Virus record (IMG/VR): IMGVR_UViG_3300014205_000183
DNA: 64,000 bases
Source of the DNA: a virus
Taxonomy: Duplodnaviria; Caudoviricetes
Reading direction: 5' to 3' (one strand)
Shown here: piece by piece, positions 50,140 to 63,036 of the stretch
How the letters are laid out: every line of letters starts with the position of its first letter
Position numbering within the stretch: position 1 is the first letter of the stretch
Program-made: the position numbers and the translations under genes
Notes under the pieces: generated by a model
The model's input: only the letters and a program-made list of their open reading frames with translations
Database searches by the model: none
What the model was told of the DNA's origin: nothing

Positions 50140-50286
50140 TGATGAGTATAAATTTCAAAACTTCTGAAGTCAAGTATTTTTATAATGTTAAAAATAATAT
50201 ATCCTTTTATTTTTTTGTTGACTTTTACTGTTTTATTTTATTACTTTAACTTTACACAAATATTCACACTAATAATAGGAGTTGGT

Positions 50287-51024
50287 ATGCACAATCGTTA
50301 CCCCGAGAAGTTTGCCAAAATTACCCAAGACACTACGGTTCTACGTAAAATATCTACTGAAGTAGATATAGGCGATGCCACTCAGATAGAGCACTGCCGA
50401 GTCCTCGCAGAAGAAATGTCTGAAATTTTACTCATAAACAAAATAGAGCAGAATACCCTAGGCAAAACCCTCTCCTATGCAGACATAAACTCACTCGCTG
50501 ATTGCTTCAAAAATATACAACTTGATGCAGGAAACATAATAGGATACGGACTAGCAGCTCGGCAGCTCAAATCCCAGGAAGCTGTAGACACTCCACGCTT
50601 ATCTGTAGCAGTGCTACCTAGAGCAGTTAGAGGCAGTCGCACCCTCCAGGCCGGACAACTACTCTGGATGGTCAATCCCACCCTACTCCGCAGCTCCATC
50701 ATGAAGAGGTACAAAGGAGAAGGCTGCTTAAGTATGCCTGGAGTATATCATAACACCGACCGGCATATGCTGGCTACTGTGGGCTTCATCGACCTTATAA
50801 AGCTATTAGAGAACCCCACAGACCCCCTCAAAGCCGCACGTGAGATAGAGTTCGCAGGTGTTGAAGCGGTGGTCATGCAACATGAGTTAGACCACCATGA
50901 TGGTAAACTATTCACTGATAAAGCACGGGTCCCCGCTGTAAAGCAAGACAAGATAGGTATGAATGAACCCTGTCCTTGTGGCTCAGGTAAAAAGTATAAG
51001 AAATGCTGCGCGGGTAAAATATAA
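50287..51024 (+). CDS. def: Peptide deformylase fused to a C-terminal SEC-C motif
   Basis: [19 protein letters not shown]; [16 protein letters not shown]; TTGACT promoter at 50218. Confidence 0.9.
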   Translation: MHNRYPEKFAKITQDTTVLRKISTEVDIGDATQIEHCRVLAEEMSEILLINKIEQNTLGKTLSYADINSLADCFKNIQLDAGNIIGYGLAARQLKSQEAVDTPRLSVAVLPRAVRGSRTLQAGQLLWMVNPTLLRSSIMKRYKGEGCLSMPGVYHNTDRHMLATVGFIDLIKLLENPTDPLKAAREIEFAGVEAVVMQHELDHHDGKLFTDKARVPAVKQDKIGMNEPCPCGSGKKYKKCCAGKI

Positions 51025-51026
51025 TT

Positions 51027-54000
51027 ATGAGCCAAAAACAGAAAACAATCAAATTTATACCGATAAGTAAGATACTAGCAATGTATAAAAAAGGAGTAAC
51101 GTGTACAAACATTGCACAACAATGTGGCACATATGGTGCCATAATTACCGGTATACTACGGACCGCAGGTATTCGTATACGCACTAGGTCAGAAATTTCT
51201 TCAGCGCCTCGACTAAAGGGTAAATGGGCTAGAAAATATGATGCATGTATCGATTGTGGAGGTACTGATAAAAAGCATGTTGGAAAAGGATTATGCTGCA
51301 ATTGTTATCAACTCAGAATCGTAGTTGAAAAAAGAGGATATACCTGCGAGTACAAGGCAGGAAAACGAATATTTAATCAAGAACATAAAGCTAAATTAAG
51401 TAAAGCTGCGTATAAGAGACATAACAAAAAGGATTCACATGATTCGTAACGCTGTAAAGAAAACTAAGGCTGGGAAAGTAAAAAACACAAAAATCATAAG
51501 CCGTGTCGCCAGGATCTCAGAAGAGTACCCAGATGCACTTAAGATGGCCGGCTATGATGATTGTATTCTTGGTATATGCACCCGCTTCGGACAAGAGCCT
51601 ATAATAGCCTACGATAGAGCTAAGGTTTTAGCCAACCTTCAGCGCGATGGAATGTCGTATGAAGATGCAGAAGAATTTTTTGAGTTTAATCAAATCGGTG
51701 CTTGGATGGGTGATGCAACACCATGCTTCGTTGATCTTTACTAATACAGAAGGGAGTTAACATGGCCACCACAATATTAAATTCATCAAAAGACGGCAAA
51801 GTGGTATTGGAGATGGACACGCAATTCATCGTCCGGGCACCAGGCTGTATTACCCGTACTTATTCTGACCTCTCTCAAGTGGTATTTGATTTCGGTATAA
51901 AGGTAATAGATCACGAGGCGGGAATTAAACGTACATCACCAACTGAAGATGCTCCCAAACCATCACCCATAACAACGCCAGATACTCGTCCATATATCCT
52001 CGATGAAGAACTTGTAGAAGACGCAATATTCCGAAATATAAAAACAAAAGCTAGTTATCAGATTGTGGGAATAGTAAAAAATACCACTAATGATCATGAT
52101 GGCCAAACAATGGTGGCGTATCGACAATTGGGGGTACTCGCCCGTAAGGAGTTCTTTGTCCGTGAAAAAGAAGAATTCAAATGTAAGTTTATAAAGGTAC
52201 CTGGGCTATGATGAAACGCAGTCATTATGAGCGGCTGCTCAGCATTGTGGACCATAACCTGCTACAGATTTTTGACCAGGCGAATGCCCGAAACTTTGAA
52301 GAATTTGTAGAGATTCCAGCTATGCGAATTATGGTGGGGGATGAAAATAACCCGCAGTTTGCCAGCATGAACTCCACGCTACAACTGCTATTTCACCTAT
52401 ACTCCATGCGTAAGCACGGTGAAAAAATATTTGTGCTTGAACCAGATATTACCTTGATGTTGTCCAACACTGACATCAAAGGTGTGATAGGAAATCAATT
52501 AAGAACTCCTTATCAAGAACAACTATTTGTATTACCTGAAAATCAAACTCTGTTAGAACTGTACAATCCTGATACTGGGTACCACCGGCTATCTGAAATA
52601 TATGTGTCTTATCTTGATGGCGAACTGAGGCTAATGGCTGTGGGCGCAGCCAATGGAAACTCAATAGATGAACATGATGACACTTTTGCATACTTCCGGT
52701 TTGTAATCACAGGCGACCAAGACCTTAAAGCACAGATCACGGCCCAAATTGATCATCACAGTAAAGACAGCCTCCTGGTACTGTCAGGTGGCGTACATAA
52801 TCTGGATAAGGCCGCATACTTATTTAATTTCATCCTCAATACATTGCTATATGTGTGCTCACCAGACGCAGAGACCTACTACGAAGGTTGGGCGGACGTA
52901 GATCGTAAAATTAGCAAGCTGAGTGGGAAAGCTAAAAAAGCGGCCATAAGCAAGCTAAAAGCACGACACCACTTCCTCAAAATACGCCTGGGGGCTAATG
53001 TTAAATTAACTGCTGAACAGCGACAGTATTATGCCAGTGGTTCTACCAGTAAACGCACCTTAGTTATGGGGCACTGGATGCATTATCATATTGGTGTAGG
53101 CCGCACAGAGATAGTGCTAAAATGGCGACAACCCTTCTGGCGCGGTGTCGGTGAATTATCGAACGTACCTCATCTTTTATAAGGAGTCTGCATGGAAAAC
53201 GAAGAGTACAAACAATTATTGGGTTTCGGTGAAATTTATAAGAGTGGCATGCCAGTAGCGGCTCTTTCGGATATAATCGCAGCAATTGGTGAAAGCGAAC
53301 CTTTAAATGTAAACTTCTTCAATCGACATAAAATACCCCAACAGGATCTTGAAACTAGTATGCCTATAGGTATTATGACGGACAACGGAGTGGTTAATGC
53401 AGTAGTCAAGAGTATTGAGAAAAATGCTAAGACCGCCACAGCAGTAAACTCCGGGCATATATACCCGCTGGAATACTGCCCGGATAAAGAATGTTGGGTA
53501 AATCACACCGCCATGAGTACTCGTGGCGTAAATACAAGTCGATTCCTACAGGAGCAGATATAAACGTATGGCTAAGTTAACAAGATTAATACACACCATT
53601 TATGATGTAGGTGGTTCTCGAAAAATAGCAACTATGATAGACCTGCCAATAAAAGTGGATACTAAAGGTCGGTTTGCATGTAAAACCGAAGATCCCCAGG
53701 TTATAGCTTATGCAGACCAGTCCCTGCCAGACATCTCAGCATACCGACAGGGTGTATTTTATTCTCATAATTTAGAAGATTTAAAATCCCTAGTTATTAG
53801 AACATATAAAGAGGCTTATTGTACAACCAGTAAAGAAGAGTTAGTTATACGATACACCGTGAAAGCCAAGATGTCATTTGTTCGGGATGGGGCTGACTAT
53901 AGACCTAATGCCTGTAGCCCACAAAACCCCAATGATTGGGAGTGGGAAAAGCACCCTTTTTTCGGAGATATCCATGCTGGCTCTAATCGGGAGGCTTACT

Positions 54001-57000
54001 CAATATCTCTTGGAGCATATATCCTGACACGTGTCACCGTGTATCGGGCAAATGGTACTTCTTACTATACTTACACCTCTGCCGAGGACACGTTACTTGG
54101 CCATTGGGGAAAAGAGTTAGAAAGCTGGTGCGGTCTACGTCGTCATATGGCTGAGGTGGATGAAACAGAACAAGAAATACCATACTCTGAAGAAGCGGCA
54201 AAGTTTTTCCATCTAAGCATGTTATCACTGGTTAAACTGGCAGATAGTATGTTTCAATTCTTTAACAAACCACAAAATGAACTGCTGGCAATAATAAAAA
54301 CCGGTACTCAAAGGGTATTAACCAACAAGGGGAATGCTGATGTCTGAATCTATAAAACAACCTCGCCAACCCTGCATGGACGTTCGTGTCGGGGCAGAGT
54401 GTATGAATAAACAGACCACCCGTAAAGACGTATGTGACGCCTGCGGTACCTGTAATAATCATTTTGGATTCTTCTTAGATGATTTAATGGGTGAACTATT
54501 TTATGAGTTAGAACGAATACAGGATGGTCAAGCTGGACACCGAGTAGCCTTTAAAGCACCCTCTAAAGAAAAGGCCATACAGATTATGTGTGAACGGTTA
54601 AAACCCTTCTTGTTGAAGGCTATGTATGCATGTGATGCCCATGGAAGAGAGGTGCAGCATGGCTGACGCCGAATGCCCCTACTGCTCTGCCGCAGTAGAA
54701 ATCAATCATGACGATGGATATGGTTATAGTGAAAATGAAACCTATACACAAGAATGTCACGCATGTGGTAAAACTTTTGTGTTCACTACCTGTATAAGTT
54801 TTGACTATGAAACATTTGAAGCTCCTTGTCAAAATGGCGGTGAGCATGCTTGGGTTCCTGTTAAAGGACATCCGCCTGAAGCATATCAATACAAAAAACG
54901 ATGTAGCTACTGTTCTGAAGAAATTATAACTGACCAGGCAGCATATGATGCCGCGTGGAATGTATATCTTGATAGTTTTAAAAATAGGCCACCACCTACT
55001 AAGAATTGTCCGCCTTTTGAAAAGATATCTACCCCTGATAAAAAGGAGATATAAAATGAGCGCATTCCAACAAGTTCCTGCGGATGATCCTCTAATGATT
55101 GCATGGGCAGCCTTTAAAGAAACTGACAAATATCGCAACATTATGTATTGGATTGAAAGAGAACACTATGCAGGAGAAACATGGGCGTTATTTGTTGCAG
55201 GGTATGAAGCGGCTACAAAGGATCATACTAAAACTATAACACTTATTCCACAAAAACTACCAATCGCACCAGCAACCTGTCAATACCATGAGTGGTTACG
55301 CCTTGGAAAAGAATTTACCGGTTTTGTGACCTGCCCATATTGTAGTCAACCATTGTAAAAGGAAAACAGTATGATTAAATTATTTTTATCTTTATTTATT
55401 CCAGGGGTGCTACTCATTATCCTGGGTAAACTGGATTTAGATCCTAATTCTATTGCACTCATCACGTTCGGGGGTGGTCTGGTGATATCCGCGTTCTTTT
55501 TAATCTGGTTATATCATGGGCTGCCATTCCCCTTTATAAATATAGCCTGCAAATTAAATATACATCACTGGCTTGGTACGGGGAATATAGGGTCATCTCA
55601 AGTCTTCTGGTACGGACACCGAGATGCACAGCACAAAAAAGTTTTTAAATATGTCGAAGGTAAAGAGGTCTGTTGTAAAAAATGCGGAGCATATGCTACA
55701 GAGCTGCTACACAAAAGAGAAAACTGGGAATATGTCAAACGGGCAGTAGGTGAACAGAGAACAAGGGAGATCTGCTTCCCTTATATGTATAACAATCAAA
55801 ATGATTAATGGAGGCGGTATGAGAGCATGGTATAATAATAGTGCAGAAGCTGTGCATGTCCTATTAGGTGAGGGAGAAGAGCTGCTAATGTCCGTAGCTA
55901 AAGCAAAACAATATATCGAGCAGCTTAACAAGGCGGTAGCTGAGGCTGAAAACCTTACAATAAAAACTTCACCCTCCGGTCTATTTGATTTCGGTGCTAA
56001 TGACACTGATTATCGATTCATGGTATTGACGGTGCGTAATGAAGGGGCAGCTGATAAACATGTGACTGTATATGTACATAAAAGTCAACTACCTAAAAAC
56101 ATGCAAAAAAGCCTAGTGCCTGCGGATTTCGACTGGTTGCAGAGCTTGCTTCCACCGCGGCTGGCAGGAACAGTTATCGCTATGGAGGCCATAGAAGCAA
56201 GCCTAACCTATATCAAGTCAACCAGTGAGGAGTAATATGGAACACAATCTTGAATTAAACCGATGGCATGTCAATGAAGACCAAACTTGCTTTGTTAAAC
56301 CATTAGAAGAATTAGGTCCAGATAAACGAGCACTATGTATCTTTATTGCGACCAGTCATTCGCATGTACAAGTAACCCGAAGCCGCCGAGATGCCCTATT
56401 ATTAAAACAAGACGCATATACCCCCTGCGAAGCTAAACCGATCGAACTATACACGTCGCAGCTAGCATCTAAGTTGATGGGCGCCTATCAGCCTGGAGAA
56501 CGTAACAGTTACCCCTTTAAAAACAGTAAGCAGACACCCGGCATATTGAAATTTTTTGGGCAGGCAGATTGAGGAGCATACATGCAAAATGATATGTATA
56601 CTAAAGTAAATATAGAGTTATTGATACTGAATGATAAGCAGACCAATAAACCTTTAATGCAGCTTCCCGTAATGGAATCTATTACGAAAGGTAGTCCTAT
56701 TGAATTGCGGGTAATATTCACCACTCCTGAAGGTGCCGCGTATATTACACCTGCTGATGAAGGAAAACCTATACGAGCACATCTGGTGGGATTTGCAATA
56801 CCTTCAAAATCTGGTAAATCTTAAATAAAATCGGAGGGACAATGTGTGCGCCTAAGTATGTAAGAAAAATAAAACCATTTACCTGGTATGATGCCACAAA
56901 GGTGACTCCTCCTCCAGAAATGTGGGGAGGTGCGCACCCGCTACTAATTATACGAAAAGGACAACCAGAATGGGAAAAAGGCTGGTACACCACAACGGCG

Positions 57001-57755
57001 GACTCCCAACCACTCTGGATAATTCCACAGAGACCGGGGGACACAGCGGAGGTTGCGTATTGGATGGATATAACTACTGATGATGTCACACTAATTAATG
57101 ACGGACTACATCGACATGTTAAACATGAAGACCCTAGATGGTCACCACATACATATACCTGCATCTGCGGCTTCGAGACACCAGAAAATGCTGTATGGAG
57201 TATACACCTTAAAAATAAAAAATAATGTAAAGGAACAACATGCAGTACATAAAATGGTTTGCGCAACTAAATTTATTTCAACCTCAAAAAGCTAAATCTC
57301 TAGCTGAACTTGAATTAAATGTGGGAGACAAGATAGTTGTATTACAAGACGATGGTAGTCCATATGCTATGTGCGGGGCTGTATATCCTCCAGTCCAGAA
57401 TACATTAGTACAGAGAAAGAATAAACTTCTAGGAAAACCGTTATTAGCATAACAAAGTATGATACTCACTCAACTAAAGTCGCAAAGATTCGGGTCTAAA
57501 GCCCATGTATTAATATTCCCACCGGATGCTAAACACCCTTCGGAATATTCCACTTGCTTAGAATGGGATGCAATAACTGCAAAAACTCCTCCGACTAAAA
57601 TGCAGGCTTATCTGCAAGATAGAACGAATGCCCGTAAATACCAAGAAAGTTGTACAGATACTTTCATTTCACATGGATTAACAGAACGAAATATAACACC
57701 CAAAGAACTAAACGCTACTCGATTAAAATTAAAACAAAGGAAACTACATGGCTGA
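51027..57755 (+). CDS. Run of about 17 hypothetical ORFs (incl. 51027-51449 HTH/Zn, 51762-52211 DUF1653-like C-terminus, 52208-53182, 53192-53563, 53568-54347)
   Basis: ORF track; RBSs; dense packing; no confident function. Confidence 0.55.
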
Positions 57756-58089
57756 TAAAGTACACACTGTCAGAGGCACTCTGTTCATCGACATTGACGG
57801 CACTATAATAAGTAGTGAGTCGGGTGAGCCACTATCCCAGGCCGTTGAAAAAATTAACAAAGCACATGCAGACGGGTATCTTATTATACTGACTACGCTG
57901 CGTGGTGCATGGTTTGCACCTGATTCTATATATTCTACAACCGAAACCCTGAGACTGTTAAAATCTATAGGTCTTATCTATGACCACATTATATGGGACT
58001 GCCCTTCACCTAGAAAAATAATAAATGATGATGGTGCTGCGGCCATAAACCATCCTCGCAATAGTGGCTGGGAAAACTATAACTTTTAA
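57748..58089 (+). CDS. Small HAD-family phosphatase
   Basis: FIDIDGT, IILTT, INDD. Confidence 0.75.
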   Translation: MADKVHTVRGTLFIDIDGTIISSESGEPLSQAVEKINKAHADGYLIILTTLRGAWFAPDSIYSTTETLRLLKSIGLIYDHIIWDCPSPRKIINDDGAAAINHPRNSGWENYNF

Positions 58090-58103
58090 CCTGTTGGGGG
58101 AAC

Positions 58104-58648
58104 ATGCATATACATAAATTCAAACACATACCCTTAACCTTGGGGTTAGTAAAACGTGGAGTCTTGGCTAGACGCGGTTGTGTTAAGTGTGGTCGCACCT
58201 TCATAAAAAAATATATTTATCGTAATATTTTCGGTGGGCTTAAGTGGGTAGAAACCCGGCAGCTGCCGCTCGAAGAGGCAGAGGCGGCCTGCGGCGTAAT
58301 AAAAAATAATACAAATTAGAATAGGAGTCCTCAATGAGTAAACCAGAAATCAAAATCAGTAAACCAGTAGAGACACCGCCAAGTAATAACGCGGAGTTCG
58401 TAGATACTTTAACATATAAGTCGGTCAGCTTCGGCGACCGAACCGGGCATGCAAAAGATGCTCGCTATTTAGCAATATCAAAGTACGGTGAAAAGGAAGT
58501 AGCCGCCTTGACTGACCGTGAGATTGGAGAAAGGTTTATAGAAGACGGGCTTATACCTGTCAAGATTAATTCGAATACACAGGATGATGAAACCATCTTC
58601 TTAATATCCAAAGCAGTGTTACGCCGAGTAAATGTTTTGTCAAGATAA
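58104..58648 (+). CDS. Two hypothetical ORFs (58104-58319, 58334-58648)
   Basis: ORF track; RBSs. Confidence 0.55.
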
Positions 58649-59263
58649 GTAAAGATTGTAGTATTCAATATATCCCGCCACCGAGGGGTGTAGCATCGCA
58701 CATGCCTGTTTAAGATTCTTATTTACCAGATTATCTCGCACAGCCGTGGAGGAGGTATCTGATATATGGGCGTGCGGAAAAACTTGATGAGGAGGATTTC
58801 TGTACCACTCCTGTAGACCTCCCTCTCCCACTCGGGGAAATACCAAAAAGGGAATCATCTTCAGCAAATCCTCATACCTATACCAAGAATTTATAGTGTC
58901 TGCATTGTCTTGTCCAATAATGTAGCTAAACTCATAAGCAGCGAACAGAGGGTCAGCCAACAACTGCGTTATAAAATCATAAGTGTGCCCTGATGTTAGA
59001 TTAAGTGTCTCCTCATAACTAAACACGGACATCTTAGATGGGGAGTTTAAAGAGGATATAGGCAACATAAGCGCACACATTTTGACTCTGTGATCGTAAT
59101 CCACAAGCTGCTTACCGAAGGCATGACCAAGGCAAGGGGTGATCCATACCTCATCTACTGCCTTACGAGCTACAGCCGCCTGTGCAAGCTCCAGGTGGCC
59201 TATGGTGGGAGGATTAAAGGCACCTCCTAATATGCCTACTCGTGTTTTTACAGCAGTATCCAT
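58640..59263 (-). CDS. nadD: Nicotinate-nucleotide adenylyltransferase
   Basis: GGAFNPPTIGH, IIGQDN, SW, SSTAVR. Confidence 0.92.
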   Translation of the reverse strand: MDTAVKTRVGILGGAFNPPTIGHLELAQAAVARKAVDEVWITPCLGHAFGKQLVDYDHRVKMCALMLPISSLNSPSKMSVFSYEETLNLTSGHTYDFITQLLADPLFAAYEFSYIIGQDNADTINSWYRYEDLLKMIPFLVFPRVGEGGLQEWYRNPPHQVFPHAHISDTSSTAVRDNLVNKNLKQACAMLHPSVAGYIEYYNLYLS

Positions 59264-59661
59264 TTACGACTCCTTTTCTTACGCTCAGCGCGAGCATGCT
59301 GGAGAACATCTGGGGGGAGTGGAAATCCTTTAGATTTGAATCGACACTTGATGGGAAGTTTAGGCAACGCCACCCAGTATATTACATCGACCCAAGCTCC
59401 GCTATACCCCTCTTGCCAACACTTGGCCAGATCATTAAAATGAACAAACGCCTTCCGAAACAGTATATCACCTACGTCGTGTGTAAAAAATTTAGGTTTA
59501 TTCTCAGCCGTAACTACTTCTTGAATAATCCCAATAACCATGGCATGTTCTGGTAGTAGTTTGTCTGCCTTAATCCATCCCCGACCATACAACTGAGGAA
59601 CGTTATGATACCGCTGCATAGCCACGCGGCGGCGGTCATCTCTTTCAATTTTTTCTTTCAT
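59248..59661 (-). CDS. Hypothetical protein (DUF551-like)
   Basis: WIKADKLLPE...VIYWVALP. Confidence 0.55.
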   Translation of the reverse strand: MKEKIERDDRRRVAMQRYHNVPQLYGRGWIKADKLLPEHAMVIGIIQEVVTAENKPKFFTHDVGDILFRKAFVHFNDLAKCWQEGYSGAWVDVIYWVALPKLPIKCRFKSKGFPLPPDVLQHARAERKKRSRKWILL

Positions 59662-60845
59662 CGGTCACCCTTGAAGCAATTTTTAGGATTAAGTTGTGCG
59701 TAGTTAGGTGTTAATTTGCCTGTCCAGCCGTTGTAAGTTAAAGAAACAACTCTCCCAATCCAATCTTGCTTATTGATTAGTATCTCAGCGGCTGTAGCCA
59801 TAGGCCCCTTCAAAGTAGCATCAAATACCTTACCCGCACCATCCATTTTATTACCATTCACATCATAGAGTTTACCTGCAATCATCTGCACTGTAATAAC
59901 CTTGGCTTTACCTGCCCAGTTACCTTCCCCTTCTTTAATATCCAGAATAAAGAATTCATCATCATCTTCAGGCTTCATTTTCAACAGCGCATTTGTCCGC
60001 TTGTGTTTGTACCCCACATTCATCCTGACAATAGCACCCTCGTACCCATCCTCCAGATATTCCTTATATATGGCTTCGATCTCAGCCTCATTATTAGCCC
60101 ACCGATAGTCTGCTACCTGGTACATAGGAGGAGCATCTTTAAACAGTATCTTAAGAGCTTCACGGCGTTCCGCACAAGGCATATCTTCTGTAATCTCCTG
60201 TCCTGTTACAGGATGAGTGAATCCGTAACCATCATATACGTAATATTTTACAATCTCAGCACTACGTCGTAACAGTTCCGGTGTGATGTTAACATATGTC
60301 CTAACGATACTAACCAGTTCATTAAGCTCGTATCTCAGGTCATGGTTATAGAGTTCACCATCCACATAGAGTAAAGGAAATACTTTAAGTAATTTTTTAT
60401 TCATTCCTTCAAAAATATGCGGAGCGGAAAGAATGTCCTCGCCGGTGCGCGTCCGTGGCCCTTCTTCAATAGTGATCTGTCGCATACCGTTATATTTCCG
60501 GTCCACCATTACAGGATACACCACTTTATGCTTATGCTCCTTGAATTTGTTAGCCAACATAGGCTCATTAAACAAAACTATATCAATATCTGTCTGGTTC
60601 TCCCAGTAACCCTTACTCTTCTTCTTCTTCTTCCACTGCGCTTCGGCATCCTTAAGCGCCTGCTCTTCAGCAGTAGTGGCGTTGGCTTTACCTATACTTT
60701 TTGGTTTGCAGGTAGTCCAGGCGCTGGTAGTCTTCTGACCTCCCTGCTGCCCTGTAATAGTGCGGTAATTAGCACCCTCAATTTCAATTTCCCATTCAAG
60801 AACTTTGCCAGTCTCAGCCCTGGCATATAAAATCGGTAGTTTCAT
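59658..60845 (-). CDS. ATP-dependent DNA ligase with WGR-like N-terminal domain
   Basis: PMLA, KYNGMR, VDGELY, YVYD, EGAIVR, LLKMK. Confidence 0.92.
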   Translation of the reverse strand: MKLPILYARAETGKVLEWEIEIEGANYRTITGQQGGQKTTSAWTTCKPKSIGKANATTAEEQALKDAEAQWKKKKKSKGYWENQTDIDIVLFNEPMLANKFKEHKHKVVYPVMVDRKYNGMRQITIEEGPRTRTGEDILSAPHIFEGMNKKLLKVFPLLYVDGELYNHDLRYELNELVSIVRTYVNITPELLRRSAEIVKYYVYDGYGFTHPVTGQEITEDMPCAERREALKILFKDAPPMYQVADYRWANNEAEIEAIYKEYLEDGYEGAIVRMNVGYKHKRTNALLKMKPEDDDEFFILDIKEGEGNWAGKAKVITVQMIAGKLYDVNGNKMDGAGKVFDATLKGPMATAAEILINKQDWIGRVVSLTYNGWTGKLTPNYAQLNPKNCFKGDR

Positions 60846-60952
60846 TGTTCATCCTTTAGTAATATCCTCAGTTAATGCGAGGACAGTTTAATATATTCGA
60901 TTTGTGATAAAGGCTATGATACCTATTATCCCACCTCTAAGCCCTTGATATT

Positions 60953-61621
60953 TCAAGCATCTTCGCCACTCCATCGAGAAGAGGCAGATATTCTTTCTTT
61001 ATATGTGCTATCACCTAAAACAGAAACCTCGGCATCCCCTGTCGCCCTTAAAAATAACTGCCTCGGTTGACATAATGAAGACCATCCCTTATGTTCATGT
61101 GCACAAAAAGAACCACGACAACCATTAAATTCATTAGTGTGCTGCAAGCAAAAAACATTCTCACAACCTCGTTCATGCCACATATCTGTAGTTATGGGAT
61201 ATTGCATAGGCTCTCTTAAGAGTAGTGCCGGCACAGATTTTGATAACACATCAAATGTAGGATTCTGATTTATTTTTTTAATCAGGCCTTTACAAGAAAC
61301 ACAGTAGGGTAAGCCCATTGGAGGTGCCGCTGTCTTACATAGTTTACACAACACATTATCTGTTTTTAAAGATGATTTTATTGTACTGTCATCCACAGTG
61401 TCTAAGTCTGCAATACTCCCAAGAGGTTCCCACCTAAGAAGGCTGGTAGATGAGCAATCTTTACATTCATCCACTATAATATCAACTTTAGTATCTACCT
61501 GCAAGGGTTCCTGCCTCCGGTCACATATGCGCTGTATATCAGCAATTCTGGTGTCTATATTTGCATGCTTTTGACAAGTAAGACAAGACCGAGCAGGCGT
61601 GTTTGGAGGACTCTTGGCCAT
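60953..61621 (-). CDS. Cys-rich hypothetical protein
   Basis: Several CxxC motifs. Confidence 0.6.
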   Translation of the reverse strand: MAKSPPNTPARSCLTCQKHANIDTRIADIQRICDRRQEPLQVDTKVDIIVDECKDCSSTSLLRWEPLGSIADLDTVDDSTIKSSLKTDNVLCKLCKTAAPPMGLPYCVSCKGLIKKINQNPTFDVLSKSVPALLLREPMQYPITTDMWHERGCENVFCLQHTNEFNGCRGSFCAHEHKGWSSLCQPRQLFLRATGDAEVSVLGDSTYKERISASSRWSGEDA

Positions 61622-61736
61622 ATAAATGCTCTCTTTCTTTATTTAACACTATCTTTAACCACTGTAACCTAATAAAATTAAATATTAAAAAACAACAAAA
61701 AAATAAATAAACCACCTTCAGTGTGCTAATGAAAGT

Positions 61737-62453
61737 TTAAAACTCTTTCTCATCTACAAACTTCAACAGCTGCCCGGGACGCCCCCTCGTTGGGTGTGCG
61801 GGGTGTGATAATACAGCTATTTGGAACCTCCGCATGATTTTACGACGAAAGTTAGTAGCGGTATATTCAACACCTGTAATCGTCGTGTAAGCATCCTGCA
61901 ACTGTGTCCAGGTAAACCACTCAGGAAGCAATCTGAATATAACAGATGAATACCAGGCCTTACCGCGTAGTCTAGCAAGAAGGTCAGAGACAATCTTGGA
62001 ATGGTCAAACGCCAGGTCCATCTTTACCAATGTCATACTAAACCACTCCGCAGCGGCAGCATCATCGCCTGCTTTTGGTTTAATTCGTTGCAGAGAAGCG
62101 TGCGAGAGTAGCGCAAAGTAAGCGACTGTCACCACACGTTTACGCGGGTCCCTCCGCTTATCCCCGTAAGTACCCAGTTGTTCTAAGTATACTGTACCGC
62201 CTTGAATAGCAGTCTCCTCTAAAAGTTCACGAGAAGCAGCGTCATATAGCGTCTCATCCTTATCTACATCTAGGAAACCTCCGGGTAAAGCCCATTTACC
62301 TCTAAAGGGTGCTTCCCCACGCTTAATGAGTAACACCTGGAGAGTATTAGCATACAAACGGCAGATAGCAACATCAACAGTTACGGACGGATCTTTGTAT
62401 ATCTCTGGGCGGTAGTTTGAGAGGTCATCTTTTAATTTAGGGTGTTTTTTCAT
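61737..62453 (-). CDS. nrtR: NrtR-type Nudix-wHTH protein
   Basis: PSVTVD, WALPGGF, RELLEET, RDPR, LAFDH, NFRRK, GRP. Confidence 0.92.
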   Translation of the reverse strand: MKKHPKLKDDLSNYRPEIYKDPSVTVDVAICRLYANTLQVLLIKRGEAPFRGKWALPGGFLDVDKDETLYDAASRELLEETAIQGGTVYLEQLGTYGDKRRDPRKRVVTVAYFALLSHASLQRIKPKAGDDAAAAEWFSMTLVKMDLAFDHSKIVSDLLARLRGKAWYSSVIFRLLPEWFTWTQLQDAYTTITGVEYTATNFRRKIMRRFQIAVLSHPAHPTRGRPGQLLKFVDEKEF

Positions 62454-62461
62454 GTTATGCC

Positions 62462-63034
62462 TTACCGGTCATCATTTGCATGACCAAAAAAGAAAAAGCT
62501 GTCTCCCACCGATACTTTGGCTGCATACATCTCAGCTAATGCGGTAACTGTGGTGGCTGGAGAAATTGCAGCAGTAAAATTAGAAGCTATATAGGTATTA
62601 ATACCACGATGTGCCAAACCTACAGCCGCAGCCTTGACACAATAATCAAATGCAACACCTACCAACATTACCGTCTCAATTCCCTCCTCTTTTAACCACG
62701 GTTCTAAATTTTTGTTCCCGAACTGTGGGTCAAAAACATCGTAACACCTCTTAGTAAACACTACCTGATTATCGTCTAACTCTGGTGTGATGATAGATTT
62801 AGCGCCTTCGGTATTCATCATAGCATGTCTCGGGAAAGGACCGCCATTCTCTTGCATCTCAACCTCTGTGCCATCGTGCAGGTCACTAACAAAGAATGTT
62901 GGAATATCCTCATCGATTGCAGAGGAATATAACTTCCTGAGCGGAGTGATTAATTCCTTAGCTCCCTGAACATACAAGGCACCATCTTCTTTCATAAAGT
63001 CATTCAAAACATCAATGAATCCAATAGCAATCAT
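62462..63034 (-). CDS. pncA: Nicotinamidase
   Basis: IDVLNDF..GAL, DLH, FPRH, K, GVAFDYCV. Confidence 0.9.
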   Translation of the reverse strand: MIAIGFIDVLNDFMKEDGALYVQGAKELITPLRKLYSSAIDEDIPTFFVSDLHDGTEVEMQENGGPFPRHAMMNTEGAKSIITPELDDNQVVFTKRCYDVFDPQFGNKNLEPWLKEEGIETVMLVGVAFDYCVKAAAVGLAHRGINTYIASNFTAAISPATTVTALAEMYAAKVSVGDSFFFFGHANDDR

Positions 63035-63036
63035 AA

